Positions 26,134-39,940 are shown, counted from the stretch's first letter. The stretch is DNA of 64,000 nt from Octopus vulgaris (GCA_951406725.2 OX597816.1:171678001-171742000); one strand, 5' to 3'. The notes: generated by a model not told the origin, from the letters alone. A program made the numbers and translations.

Positions 26134-27197
26134 GGAAAAAAGTCAAGATAGAAAATGCTAAAATAATTTCATAAAAAACATTTCAGTACCGGTTCCAGTC
26201 ATTGAGACTTTTTCAACTGTAGCAATTAAATAATTAAATTTAGTAAAAATTAAAGGAAAGTTTTTTTAAAAGAATATTTGTATAGTATTTAAATACTAAG
26301 TGGCATTTTCCTTGTTTCTGCCTGCCTCTGTCTCTCTTGCTTACTCTTGTGGGTTCGAGGTCGTTGTGAATTCTTGGTAGGGAAGAAGAAGAAGAAGAAA
26401 AAGAAGGAGGAGGAGGAGAAGGGGAAGAAGAAGAAGAAGAATTTGGGAGTGCCATGATAGTAGTATTTTGAATGGTCAGTGGATGATATATATATATATA
26501 TATATATACATACCACTCAAACGCATACTACTACACACTATATGCATGTATGTCCATATGTATGTGTGTATGTATGTACGTATGAACGTACGTACATATG
26601 TGTATATATGTGTATGGGAATATGTAATAGATAGATAGATATGTATGTGGAAAGATGGACAAATCAGATACGACGATTTACAAGACATGACCTGATGAGG
26701 TCAAGCTCTGTCTATATTTAGAAAATATCTACAACTTACAGAAAACCTCAATGAATGAAAGTGTACAAAAATAATCAAGATAACTAAATCTATTTCTTAT
26801 GGGGTTTCCTTTTAACTTATAGGTCACGTGTTTCTTTCTTTCTCCTTTTCTTCTCTTTCTCCTTTTCTTCTCTTTCTCATTTTTTTTTTCTGTTCTTCTA
26901 AACATTAGTATTTGTCCTTAACATCATAAGTCGAGTATAAAGGAGGGAAAGTAGACGTACTAAAACGAGAGTGACCTTTCGGTGGCATTTTTCTGAAGTG
27001 GTCAGTGCAACCTAATGTTAAATTAAATCCTGTGAACGGCACTTCCGTTCTTTTCTAGCCGGAACTACTTCCAGTTTTAGGGCGGAAGTTAAAAAAAAAA
27101 AAAAAAAAACAAAAAAAAAAAAAAACACAGCAAGAACTTCATATTTGAATCTACTTAGAAAATACCGGACCGAAATTAGTTTTCATTTCATTTTAAC

Positions 27198-27211
27198 TTG
27201 TGTGTGCGTGC

Positions 27212-27280
<69 letters not shown>

Positions 27281-27353
27281 TGTGTGTGAGTGTATGTGTG
27301 TGTGTATGTGTGTGTGTGTGCGTGTGTGTGTGGCCGCGTGTGTGCATGTTTGT

Positions 27354-27415
<62 letters not shown>

Positions 27416-27424
27416 ATATATATG

Positions 27425-27468
<44 letters not shown>

Positions 27469-27548
27469 TAGATAGGTAGATAGAGAGAGATGTGTATATA
27501 TATGTACATGTATATAGATATGTGTGTGTGGCCGCGTCTGTGCATGTT

Positions 27549-27629
<81 letters not shown>

Positions 27630-27641
27630 ATATATATGTAC

Positions 27642-27693
<52 letters not shown>

Positions 27694-27750
27694 ATGCGTG
27701 TATGTGTACACACACACACACACACATACACACACACATATATATATGTA
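27198..27750. repeat. Compound (TG)n/(TA)n/(GA)n microsatellite with internal duplication
   Basis: GTGTGTGGCCGCGT..TGCATGTTTG anchor repeated at ~27325 and ~27525. Confidence 0.9.
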
Positions 27751-27962
27751 CGTTACTTGTCAAGGAGACTTGGGTTTCAGTTTTCATAAAAAACACATGC
27801 ACTGTATGGTAAGAAGCTTGCTACCCAACCATGTGATTCCGGATTCAGTACTACTGCGTGGCACCTTAGGCAAGTGCTTTCTACTATAGGTCTCGGGTCG
27901 ATCACAGCCTCGTGAATAGATTTGGTGGACAGAAACTGAAAGCAGCCTGTCGCATACATATA

Positions 27963-28017
<55 letters not shown>

Positions 28018-28666
28018 GTTATTTTCTGCCTTTTTTGCCATATACAGCTTACAAATTCTGTTTGTTTGTGGAGACTTTTTAATAGTAGAGGAAATGGTGA
28101 CCAATTTTGGCTGCTATTTCTAATATTTTCGGTATGCGGTTTTGAGCAACTTGTTGCATTTAACCCTTATTTATAATTATTATATATATATATATATATA
28201 TACTAACTTAAAAGCCACTCTATCGGGCAACTTTTAAGGTAGTACAGAGCTTTAAGGCAACTGACCTCGAATTGGAAGATCCGCAAACAGATCTCCGACT
28301 TGTTTTGGAGAATTTTGTTGCAGTTGTTTTCTCCAGAATCATATCCTGATGATGATCATATTCGTCGCAAAAAAAATCATGTAAAAATATCGAGGAAGAC
28401 AAATGCAGTAATGAAAACATAGGAATCCAAAATTTCATTATTGCAGGCTAGGAATCGGCCCGGAATGTTTTTAATTTACTCACGGCTTTTGGAAGCCGCT
28501 TATTCCAATATCAAAGAGGAGGTGACACTGCTGGATTTCGAAGAGCAAACAAGTACAGAACTGGTGTGACGACAATTCAAGCCACACCAGCAGAACTGGA
28601 GCAAATTCCAGAATTTATATATCTGCCAGATGAGACAAAACTGACCAGTCTGTATCCGTGAAATCC

Positions 28667-28745
<79 letters not shown>

Positions 28746-28762
28746 TTATGTGTAGATATATT

Positions 28763-28861
<99 letters not shown>

Positions 28862-28931
28862 ATATTATATTATATTTATCTAAATGATATGTTATATGTG
28901 TGTGTGTATGTGCGCGCACATATTCAAATAT

Positions 28932-28964
<33 letters not shown>

Positions 28965-29287
28965 TTAGTTAAATTTATTCAATGAGAATATTAAATACTA
29001 AATTTATATTGAGTGCTTAATTGTATCAAAGTATTACTACTACTAAAGTATTTGTATATCTAATACGAGCGAGTGTATACATAAATATTTTTTAATAATA
29101 TACTATTATTTATATAAGGAAATCAATATCAAAACTCCTCAAAAAGATATACATGTGTGAAAAATAATTGTTGTGTTAAAAATATATAAATAAATATAAA
29201 TATGTATAAAGATATATGAAGATATGTATAAGTATAAATATATAATGTATATGACAGTTTAAATGTTTTGAATTAAGTATTTAAAGC

Positions 29288-29377
29288 ACCTTACGATCGT
29301 TTCACAGAAGAGTTGTCCCTATAATGAAATCCTATAGTGATAAGCATTTATAGACAACGCCTCTGCTCTTCAGAGAT
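29288..29377 (-). ncRNA. Type I hammerhead ribozyme with extended helix II
   Basis: ATCT-CTGAAGA-GCAGAGGCGTTGTC[35 nt]GACAACTCTTCTGT-GAAA-CGATCG-TA-AGGT; GUA cleavage triplet. Confidence 0.8.
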
Positions 29378-29773
29378 ATAAAATTTGAATTCTGTATAAC
29401 ATATCGAATGGTAGTTTTTTTTTCAAATTTGAAGGAAAACTATAAAATAGTGTTTGTTTGAAAGAAAAATTAAAATTACTGTTTTTTAAAGAGAGTTTTT
29501 AAATCCGTATATACTTCCTTGGTTATTCATCGGCAATAATCCATAATATTCATATGTAAAATCCGTTATATTATCTTGTATTCCAAATATTTGGAATACA
29601 AGGTAATATAACGGATTAGTATATATGGATTTAAAGACTCTTATCAAAGCAGTAATTTTAATTTTAACACATAGGGACACCACGTTATATGTTTCTATTT
29701 GAAATGGATTTGATTATCTACTTATAATATTTATAGCAGTTGCTGTTCATGGTTCTGTTTATGTTGATGATGG

Positions 29774-29815
<42 letters not shown>

Positions 29816-30086
29816 TTCTGCATCGAGGTTAATGATGTAACTAACTCACAATAGATTATGGAATAACTGTAGCCGCTACAGAAATACTAAAACTCTATAC
29901 CTCTCAATTCTGTTTTTTTTTTAATTCCGCAATTACTGTTTCTATATCCCGGTTTGTTGGTTGCATCATTGTTAAATTACATCGAATTTAATTACGTTCG
30001 TCATTCGTCACCTGATACTCGGGTCCTCGGCTGGAGTGCTTAATGTGGGTTCCGTTTGATTTCTTTGAAACCAACTTTCATAACTC

Positions 30087-30144
<58 letters not shown>

Positions 30145-30189
30145 GTGCGTGTGTGTGCATGCTTACACATCACCATCAAGATCCCTTAA

Positions 30190-30720
30190 CTGATGCAGCT
30201 AGTCGATGGGGTGCCACTCTAGACGATTTCAAAGTTAGCCGTCATCACCGGACTCTGTTCTCTGCCATGCATAGCAGGTTCACTGGCTTGCGACCTGTCC
30301 AGTTCTTGATGTCTGGAGATTTGGAGCAGCCCACAGCACACCTGATTTCCATCACATATATCGGTTTCTATGAGAATGCTGTCCACATCAGGAGTTCCCT
30401 CAGTTCTGTATCGCTGAATCAAAACTGGTATCTTCCAGAAGCCGTTAGATACATGCCAAAGCCTTTTAAGACTTTGTAAAATGTTCTTGCCACCGTTTCT
30501 AATATCACTTTTCTCGGTGTAGCAGAGTGAACATTCATATTTTTCACGGTCCCATCACCATATTTGTGGACATTGCATACCGCTCTCAGATTGGCTTAGA
30601 AGACCTTCATGTTGTGATAGAATTTCAACAGTCTTCTGATCATGCTATCGGTCTTCAACAGTCCTTTTCGTAGTGAGACATACAAGTTTTGGATTGACCG
30701 GTAAGTTGCTGTGTACCTCG
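30190..30720 (-). pseudogene. Highly decayed RTE-like LINE remnant
   Basis: DIKNWTGRKPVNLLCMAENRVR resembles the RTE C-terminal W.DNIKEWTG...A.DR..WR motif; the upstream part is only weakly endonuclease-like. Confidence 0.45.
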
Positions 30721-31067
30721 TTCATTTAGAATGGCTTGACAGCACTTTCGGTTTTGAGAAAAGGCTTTTGCATCTTCACATCATTTATATCAAATGTGTT
30801 TGAGGAAACCGATTGAAGCAGCAGCTGTTTTGCCTCAAAATAAATGTTCCCAGCAAGCACCAATTGGTGCAGAGTCGACTGGTACAGCGTCGGGTAACAT
30901 TTGATGGTTATATTCACTGCAAGCGTACGTTGCACTTCAAGACGTTTAAAGCTTGCTGTCATCCAGTCTTTTTGATGCAATTTTGCTAATTTTCTATTAC
31001 TTGAGTTTCAGAGACAAACTGCATATTACACATATCAATATCACGTACTGATATGTACAATAGGCTG

Positions 31068-32438
31068 TCAGTCTCCAGTCTCGTAGCACGCGTAGATCTT
31101 ATATCTGCAACGCTGACCCAGCGTATATGCACGTAGTCGAATAGAAATCACTGTATCCATCGCAGGTGAACCAGCTGTAAAACTACTTTTCTGGAAGGAC
31201 GGGGGTGGGTAAGTTTGAGGCTCCTGTGCGTTTGCACTTGTTTTTATGTCATGGAGAGGGTTGGTGTCTGTAGGGAGTGGTTGGGTAGAGTGGATGTGGG
31301 TGGGGGCTGGGTGGGTGGGTGTGGATTGGGGGTCATCTTTTACCACGTGTGTCCTCTTTCTCCTTTTTCTTCTTTTTTTCCCCACCATTTCCAAGCTGGT
31401 ATTCGCTTCCTCTTCTTCGACGCTGGTACTTGTTTTCGTCTGTGATGCCACATCACTTTGTTTTTCCTGTGGAGTACCAACCGCTTTTTCACTCCGTCTC
31501 TCCTTAGCCGTTTCTAGTAGTGGTGGACAATCCGTTCTAATGTGGCCACATTTATAGCAACACGGAATCCTCCCTTCCACTCTCACTTTCAGTATTCTCT
31601 CTCCGACTGTGATGGTCGTCGAGACCATCTTTTCAATTCTTTTGCAATTTGCACTACCATATCAAGGGTTTGTCCCTGCCAGTTCCTGTGGGATGTTCTT
31701 GTGGCCTGGAGGGCCACCAACTTCTCCTCCATGCCTAGCAGTATGGCAGCCACCAGCCAGGCTACATCCACTTCTGGGGGTATTTCCTCCACCCTAACCC
31801 TGGAAGCATATCTCCTAAGGTATACGGGTAGAAGAACCACCTCATCCGTTTTTCAGCGGTGTTGCTGAGTGCAGCCTGGCAGTAGCTACCCTTCTGAACT
31901 GCACCTCCACCGTTCCAAATTTTTTTCCTCTGGCAAGGTAGGAAATCCCTTGCCAGTTTGGTCTCAGTGCCTATTTTATTTGGGCCGTTGACATGATCTC
32001 GATCTTCCTTGCAGCCACTGAATATGTTAAGTAGATTATTTACTGTTCTTTCTACTGCTTCCTTTAAAACTTCTTAAAGGGGAGGAACACCTTCACTTCG
32101 TTCCCCTCCCTTTTAAGCATTCCCTTGAACTTACATCCTCCAGCCTCACGTCTTCGCTTTTTTTCTTTTGTCGCTGTAGCATAATTCCTTATTTCCGTTG
32201 CTTCGTCTGTTTTCTTTAGACACTCCACTATTTTCTCCTCAGACGACACAAAGTCCGAAGAAGGACCGTTTACAACGTCTGAAGCAGAACAATTCAAATT
32301 TTCGTAACTCCTCACTCGACGCCCTTCCATTACACAAGAGGAAAGACCTCGCACCGCCAAGACAGCACCCCCCCCCAAAAAAACAACAACACGTGTGTAA
32401 CAAACAAAACCAACAATCTAACTGACAAACGCTGTACC
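31068..32438 (-). pseudogene. Tx1/L1-type LINE ORF1 (gag-like, zinc knuckle) remnant, copy 1
   Basis: ASRVRVEEIPPEV..., VEGRIPCCYKC(---)GHIRTDCP; frameshifted; homologous to copy 2. Confidence 0.7.
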
Positions 32439-32949
32439 GGAAGCAAGCTTCTTTATTTCATGAAATTGGCCATGAAGGCCGTACATAGACTGGACAGCAC
32501 AAGGTGAGGACAAAAAAAAATGGAAAAGATGAATTGAATATAATGAAAAAATGTAATGAAGCCACTCGGCCCCCACCCCTGAGAGTCTTCATTGAACCTG
32601 TTAATACAACCCCTTTTTAAAAAAAAACCATTAATTTAACTACCATTGATAATGCCTTTGTGACAGCAAGTTTCCACTTTTTTGGAAATTGTCTCTGTCC
32701 ATTTCCTTTAAAATGTAAGCATAACTTACGCTTTGAGGTATTTTGCTGGTTTCCATTTTCGTAACCCACCAATCGAAATCAGTTTCTTCTTCGCAATTTA
32801 TCAATCTTCAGAAGTATTCCGGGTCCGCCACTGCTCAGCAAACGTCATCGGGCAACCCTCCTCCCTTTGTTATGTCCACTTCTATTGCTTTGTCCACTGT
32901 CTTTATCTCGTTGTAAAGTTCTTTATTCCTGTTATATAATATAACAAAT

Positions 32950-34150
32950 TTATCCATGGGTCGGGGTGAGGAAATTTGGGGATCCTGTGTTTGTGCTTGT
33001 GTTTATGTCAGGCGGGGTATGGGGAGAGTTGGTGTCTATAGAGGTGGTTGGAGTAGAGTGGGTGTGGGTTGGGGGTCGTCCTTTACCACGTGTGTCCTCT
33101 TTCTCCTCTTCCTTCTTCCTTCCCGCCGTTTCTCAGCTGGTGTTTACTTTCTCTTCTGGTCTTTGTCTGTGGTGCTGCTTCACTCTCCTCCTCGCGCTTG
33201 TCCTCGGCCTCCATGGGCAGTGGAGCACCAACCACCTTCTCACTCTCTTGCCTTTCCCTAACCTTCACAGGTGGTTGATGACAATCCGCTCTAATGTGGC
33301 CTTTAAGGTCACATTTATAGCACCGCGGAATTCTCCCTTCCACTCTGACTTTCAGTGTCAAGTCTGCGACCGTGATTGTCTCCACCGTACTTTCAATATC
33401 TTCTGGATTAATCTGTACCGCAATGTCAAGGTTCTGCCCTTGCTAGTTTCTGGTGGCCTGCAGGACCACCACCTTTTCTTCCACGCCTAGCAGTATGGCA
33501 GCCACCAGCCAGGTTACATTCACTTCTGGGGGTATGTTTTCTACCCTAACCCTGGAAGCACGTCTCCCAAGGTATACGGGTAGAAGCACCACTTCTTCGG
33601 TTTTTAATGGTGTGGCTGAGTGCTGTTTGGCGGTAGCTATCTCCCAAAACTGCAATTCCACCGTTCCGTACTTTTTTCTCCTGGCAAGGTAGGATATCTC
33701 TTGCCAGACTGGCCTCAACGCCTTTTCGACTTGTGCCTCCGACACCGCTTCTGTTTTTCTTGTTGCTACCGCGTATGTCCTGTAAACACTCGTTCTCTCT
33801 TCCTTATCCTTTAACACATCTTTGGCGAATGGGAACACTTTCACGTCATTCCCCTCCCTTTTAAGTATTTCTTTGAACTTGCTCAGCTCTTCCAGACTTA
33901 TGTTTTCAATATTTCCCCTTGCCGCTGTAGCATAATTCCTTGTTTCTATTGCTGCATCAATCTTGTTCAAACAGTTCACCATTTCTTCCTCAGACGACAC
34001 AAATTCTGACGAAGAATAATTCAAATCCTCACAACTCTTCACATGACGCCCCTCCATTAAGCAAGAGGGAAAATACCGCACCGCCAACTCAGCAAAAACC
34101 ACGTGGGTTACAAACAAAGACAGCAGTCGAATTAACCAAAACGATAAACT
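32950..34150 (-). pseudogene. Tx1/L1-type LINE ORF1 remnant, copy 2
   Basis: LPVYLGRRASRVRVENIPPEV... followed by VEGRIPRCYKCDLKGHIRADC (CX2CX4HX4C knuckle). Confidence 0.75.
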
Positions 34151-34443
34151 GGAAGCAAGCGTCTTACCACACAGCCACACCTGTAAGATATCATAAGAGG
34201 GTGATTTAGTTACAACTTTCAGCAGGTCGAGCTATATGGAAAAGTTTCTATTGTTGCCTCGCGCATACATATATGGATAAATGAAACAGTTGAGGGTGAG
34301 TTTTGGGTGGGGGCGATATAGCTGCTATTTCTAACAGAGTGAGACATCAAGTAAAGGCTTCAGAGTTAGCCTGTACAAACATGTATACATATGTACAATT
34401 GTCAGTAAGATTTGACTGCTACTTCTAGAATCTCAAAATATAG

Positions 34444-34511
<68 letters not shown>

Positions 34512-34796
34512 TGAAGACGTGCTGTTACCTAAATTAGTCGTCGAGCAGAGAGACCTGGCAATGCCCAGCTATAAAAATAGAACATTTATATATCCGTGAA
34601 TGCTGATATGCGTGCATGAGACAGTGGAGCTAAACTTGAGTCCGCTCACTAGACAGCTGTTCTTGCCCAAACATATCCTGATATCTTGCATTTGTTGTAG
34701 GATTTTTCCAGATACACGCTTCACGGTTATGGGACATCTTCCTTGATCTGGTTCGGGATAGTGTTGAATAGAGCAGAGTTAGTTGAGATAGAAAAG

Positions 34797-35218
34797 GGAT
34801 CTTTTCGGTTTGAACGGCAGTTTTTTCTAGCGGTGTCATATGAAATTGTCACCCATAATTATGACCCTAGTATCGATCTATTGCATTTCAATCTGTTTTA
34901 GAGTTAGGGTTAGGGGTGGTGGGAAGGGTATCTTTGTTTCTTCACAAATGTAAATAAACCCAGTCTGTTTCTTAAACGAGGGACATATTCATACGGCGCA
35001 GAATGTTTTTTTTTTACCTCAATAGACGTCAGTGATTGGTTGAAATTGCAGAAATCGAAGAAAAAAAGACAACAAATATCTTACAAACTATAAAATTTTC
35101 TCGATAAAGCCAAGAGAAAAAGATGTTTTATAAACACATTCTACCAGTATACGAAGTTTAAAATTTTTTAGTTACCTAGAAATTATGTTAAAAACTGCCG
35201 TTCAAACCGAAAAGATCC
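34797..35218 (+). mobile_element. GGATC-TIR MITE
   Basis: TIRs; perfect TSD TAGAAAAG. Confidence 0.92.
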
Positions 35219-35475
35219 TAGAAAAGTATTATCGCGATATCGTTACATGATTTGAGTTCCATTTCTGTAGTGGGTGGTGCCTTACTCGGGCAACGTCGAT
35301 GGAATATTTTCCCTATAGAACAAATGACGTAGCGTTCACGATGCCGTCGAAGAGAAAAGACTCTGGGTATTTTATGAAGACACTTATTCTTTATTTATTT
35401 GGTAGCTGTCCCCTGGGGAACCTCAATTTTCACAATATTTTGTTTGGTGTGAGAAACCACAGGCTACAAAAGTAT

Positions 35476-35976
35476 TGTAACGGGGGTTCGAACCCTAACC
35501 GTTAGTTACTCGGTTAGACACTACGAGTGAGCCACCACAGTTTCACGAGATTGATCTATAAACCGACCAATCAGAGGGAAGCCGTGGCGTAATACTGCTT
35601 CTCTGGTGTTCTAGAATTTACCCTCTTGTTGCCACATATAAACTGATTGGTGCCTAATTCACGAGACAGAATGTTGAGTACGGCCGACTAATTCACACAC
35701 CTCACCAAGCAGAGGATTTCCGGCACTTGAGCAGACACTCTCGGACTTTTACACAGACAGACCGGTTCTGAACATTCACACAATATCCTATAAATAGCTC
35801 TTACAGACGTGGTGCAGTGTTTTCCCTCCTTATTAACATCTTTCATTGTAAATAACCAATACCAAATGTCTTATGCCCGGTAATAAACATTGAAGGTCGT
35901 GAGTTTGCTTCAGTTATTCAACACGCAGCTTTCTCCCAACAAAGAAAGATCCAGCAACGATATGATCTCCGTAACA
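35476..35976 (+). mobile_element. Possible solo LTR
   Basis: TGTAACGGGG...CTCCGTAACA imperfect inverted termini, with CCAAT, TATAAATA and AATAAA in order; no clear TSD. Confidence 0.4.
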
Positions 35977-37116
35977 CGAGTAATAACTTAACGTCAGTAT
36001 TTTAATTGGGACCGCGCACAAAGTTAGAGAGAGAGAGAGAGAGAGAGGGAAAAGATGATGACATGAGTAAATTAGGCCAATCCTGGCCGAAAGCTATCTC
36101 AGTTTATTTAAATACTCACAGGAACGTATAAACATACACAGATCTATCACTGTGTTCGTAGCATAGCATCATATTTAATATATATTTTACTGAAACCCCT
36201 ATGAAAGATGTGGAATAGACTATATTTTGCGATTAAGTATCATTGGAAAGTAAAAGCACTGGTTAAGAGCATTATACGTTCAAGGTTGAAATATGCGCTG
36301 TCGCTGGGCTGTCTTTCTAAAGGAAACATTCTAGGATGATATAGCAAGCATCACAGTAGGGAATTTCGGTCGATGAAATCAAATATATGTAAATAAAGGT
36401 GGAGCCGCAAAAATTTCCATGACGAAAATAAAATATTCTTTAAAAGTTTCTGTTTAAATACATCCGTGTAATAAGATAGCATTTGCTTTCGATCGACCAG
36501 CTGAGGCAATCTTAAACTGTTTGTAGATGTTATTCTCCGTCACATTATGTTTAAGTTTTATTTCTATAATAATAATTCTTTCTATTATATACGCAAGATT
36601 TGGCATTTTGTGAGGAGTGGGTTAGTTGATTATACTGCTTAACTGGCTCTTGTTTTACGGATACCGAAGGGCCGCATACATCTGCTTGGAATCGAATAGC
36701 ACGCAGCCCTCCTGAATAGTACCGAATGGTTGCAAAGACCGAATCGTTGCCAAGATGCACTACTGTTATCGTGGTATATCGAACGGCTTTCGTTTCTTCA
36801 TGCCTTACGGCAAGTGCCCTAGCCCTGTCAATGCAATCTTCATGCTTCATGTCGAAGGGCCAACGATCTCACCGCCAGCACGTCAGTCGCAATGCCCTCT
36901 CTAAGCGCCACCTTCAGGTTGTCTGTGTTTGGTATGAGTGTGGCTTTTGGAGATGCTGTTGTGATTGTGTATTTCATTTCGAGAGGGTGTAGCTTTCTTT
37001 TTTAATTGTTTTTTTCTTCTTAGTTTTCTCTCTTCGCAAGATGAGGTTTCCACGACGGAAAAATTCCGTGCTGATAAAGGTGGAAGTGTGTTTCCGTGTG
37101 TGTGTTCTTCTGTGTG

Positions 37117-37448
37117 TTTTTCTCTTGGCTTTATTGAGAAAATTCTATAGTTTGTAAGATATTTGTTGGGTATTTTTCTTCAATTTCTGCAATTTCAACC
37201 AATCAGTAACGTCTATTGAGTTAAAAAGCATTCTGTGCCGTATGAATATGTTCCTCGTTTAAGAAACAGATTGGGTTTATTTACATTTTTGAAGAAAAAA
37301 AGATACCATTCCCCCCATCCCTAACCCTAACACTAACCCTAACCCTGAAATAGATTGAAATGCAATAGATCGATACTCGGGTCATAATTATGGGTGACAA
37401 TTTAATATGACACCGCTAGAAAAACTGCCGTTCAAACCGAAAAGATCC
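37117..37448 (-). mobile_element. Truncated GGATC-TIR MITE
   Basis: One TIR plus internal body. Confidence 0.88.
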
Positions 37449-38294
37449 CTTATTACTTATCGTATACAACTGTGAGTCGATGGGGTCTATATAATTGTAA
37501 CAGACCTTCTGGTGAATACCATGGCTGACCACTCTCGCTTGTCGATGTTTCCGGGTAGGCAATTGTCCATTACAATCTTGCAGAAATGAAATAAAATTCA
37601 ATCCGTGAGAAAAGTTCACGAAGCATTTTAATGCTCACTTCTAGCACAGATTTTGTAATTGACTGGAATAATAGAAATTGACTTTGTATATAAATATACA
37701 AGATTTTCTCAAACGAGAAGACTGCTAGAAAGTTGAAGAACCCGCTAATCAGTGTGCCTCGATTGTGCTATCAGGTTTGATAATTGATTAAATTGAAGAC
37801 GAGTTTAACAGTCAGGACTTACAATTGCAACGTGTTTGTCTCTGGGCTAGATGAAAAAATGGATGAGGCTTTGTTGCAGAGTTTTTTTCCAACATATAAC
37901 GACTGTCAAACATAAAGAAATGAGGTGGGTAGAGGACAAATCTGAAATAAAATTCAATTTAATGTTTGGTGATATTTTGACTGTTTTACATTAGCATCGA
38001 TTTATAGAATTAACGCTCTTTTATATTAGTTAGAAGGGAAATTTGGTAAAACACTATTTTAGTGACGTTGCTTTACCCTCTGAGATCGAATCCCGCTAAT
38101 GTCGATTTTATATTGAATTTTACTGAGTCGATAAAATGAAGAACCAGTCAATTATTGTTGTTGATATGATTGAAAAATATCCTTTATAGCTTGTGGTTTT
38201 GTATCTATGTTAGAAATCGATGATTACATTGTCAATCCTGACGATATTTGAATTCTGAACTTTGTGTGTGTGCGCGCGCGCGCGCGCGCGTGTA

Positions 38295-38325
<31 letters not shown>

Positions 38326-38359
38326 TATTTCTGTTTTCATCTAGTTTATGAGAATCATG

Positions 38360-39195
38360 GGATCTTTTCGGTTTGAACGGCAGTTTTTTTCTAGCGGTGT
38401 CATATGAAATTGTCACCCATACTTATGACACTAGAATCGATCTATTGCATTTCAATCTCTTTTAGAGTCAGGGTTAGTTGGGGTTAGGGTTAGGGGTGGG
38501 GGAAAGGGTATCTTTTTTTTCTTCACAAATGTAAATAAACCCAATCTGTTTCTTAAACGAGGGACATATTCATACGGCACAGAATGCTTTTTAACTCAAT
38601 AGACATCACTGATTGGTTGAAATTGCAGAAATTGAAAAAAAAAAACAACAACAAATATTTTACAAGCAATAGAATTTTCTCAATAAAGCCAAGAGAAAAA
38701 GATGTTTTATGTGGCTGTGTGGTAAGTAGCTTGTTTACCAACCACATGGTTCCGGGTTCAGCCCCACTGCGTGACACCTTGGGCAAGTGTCTTCTACTAT
38801 AGCCTCGGGCCGACCAAAGCCTTGTGAGTGGATTTGGTAGACGGAAACTGAAAGAAGCCCGTCGTATATATGTATATATATATATGTGCGTGTGTGTGTT
38901 TGTGTCTCTGTGTTTGTCCCCCTAGCATTGCTTGACAACCGATGCTGGTGTGCTTATGTCCCCGTCACTTAGCGGTTCGGCAAAAGAGACCGATAGAATA
39001 AGTACTGGGCTTACAAAAGAATAAGACCCGGGTCGAGTTGCTCGATTAAAGGCGGTGCTCCAGCATGGCCGCAGTCAAATGACTGAAACAAGTAAAAGAG
39101 AGTAAAAGAGTTAAAGAGTACCAGTATACGGAGTTTAAAAGTGTTTAGTTACCTAGAAATTATGTTAAAAACTGCCGTTCAAACCGAAAAGATCC
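38360..39195 (+). mobile_element. GGATC-TIR MITE interrupted by SINE A
   Basis: TIRs; perfect TSD GAATCATG. Confidence 0.92.
38711..39118 (+). mobile_element. SINE family A nested in the MITE
   Basis: Family A sequence replaces about 10 bp (AAACACATTC) of the MITE body. Confidence 0.9.
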
Positions 39196-39508
39196 GAATC
39201 ATGCCTTTCCCAAGTGTATTAACGGCACACATAAAAGAGAAATATCATTAAACAGAGTATAGAACCACGTAGCTATATACGTTTACCAGCATTTATCCGT
39301 CTACTCTACAGCGCCCGCTGCCACCCAATGTAAAATATTAGAGGCGTCTTCTTTCTGTTAAGTAATCTATTTTACGTTATTTCTTACATTAACTTCATTA
39401 AATTAATATTATTCCGCTAACTTTTGTCAGTTTGCATCATGCAAAATTATATGACAGCTAAAAGTGTTTTTGTTTTGCTTTTGTTTTTGCAACTAATTTC
39501 TAAGTGGC

Positions 39509-39940
39509 GGATCTTTTCGGTTTGAACGGCAGTTTTTTAAAATAATTTCCACGTAACTAAACACTTTTAAACTTCGTATACTGGTAGAATGTGTTTATAA
39601 AATATCTTTCTCTTGGCTTTATTGAGGAAAATTCTATTGTTTGTAACATATTTGTTGTTTTTTTTCTTCAATTTCTGCAATTTCAACCAATCAATGACGT
39701 CCATTGAGGTAAAAAACATTCTGTGCCGTATGAATATGTCCCTCGTTTAAGAAACAGATTGGCTTTATTTACATTTGTGAAGAAAAAAAGATACCCTTCC
39801 CCCACCCCTAACCCTAACCCTAAATAACCGTAACCCTAAAAGAGATTGAAATGCAATAGATCGATTCTAGGGTCATAATTATGGGTGACAATTTCATATG
39901 ACACCGCTAGAAAAAACTGCCGTTCAAACCGAAAAGATCC
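39509..39940 (-). mobile_element. GGATC-TIR MITE with a 19-bp target duplication
   Basis: CAACTAATTTCTAAGTGGC on both sides. Confidence 0.92.

Noticed and set aside
26184-26219. Hammerhead-shaped motif on the minus strand (CAG-TTGAAAA-AGTC..GACT-GGAA-CCGG-TA-CTG)
   Set aside because: The topology fits but three core positions deviate; counted only as a degenerate relic and not annotated as a ribozyme.
26688-26725. CTGATGAG as a hammerhead core
   Set aside because: No helix II closed by GAAA and no NUH or helix I. Other isolated CTGANGA hits (e.g. 7533, 13803, 44067) fail in the same way.
28200-28660. Complex, coding-looking sequence between TA tracts
   Set aside because: Interrupted frames, no recognisable motif or splice pattern; probably a decayed repeat.
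36551-36992. Overlapping ORFs with faint LINE RNase H-like wording
   Set aside because: No convincing catalytic motif; cannot be supported without a profile search.
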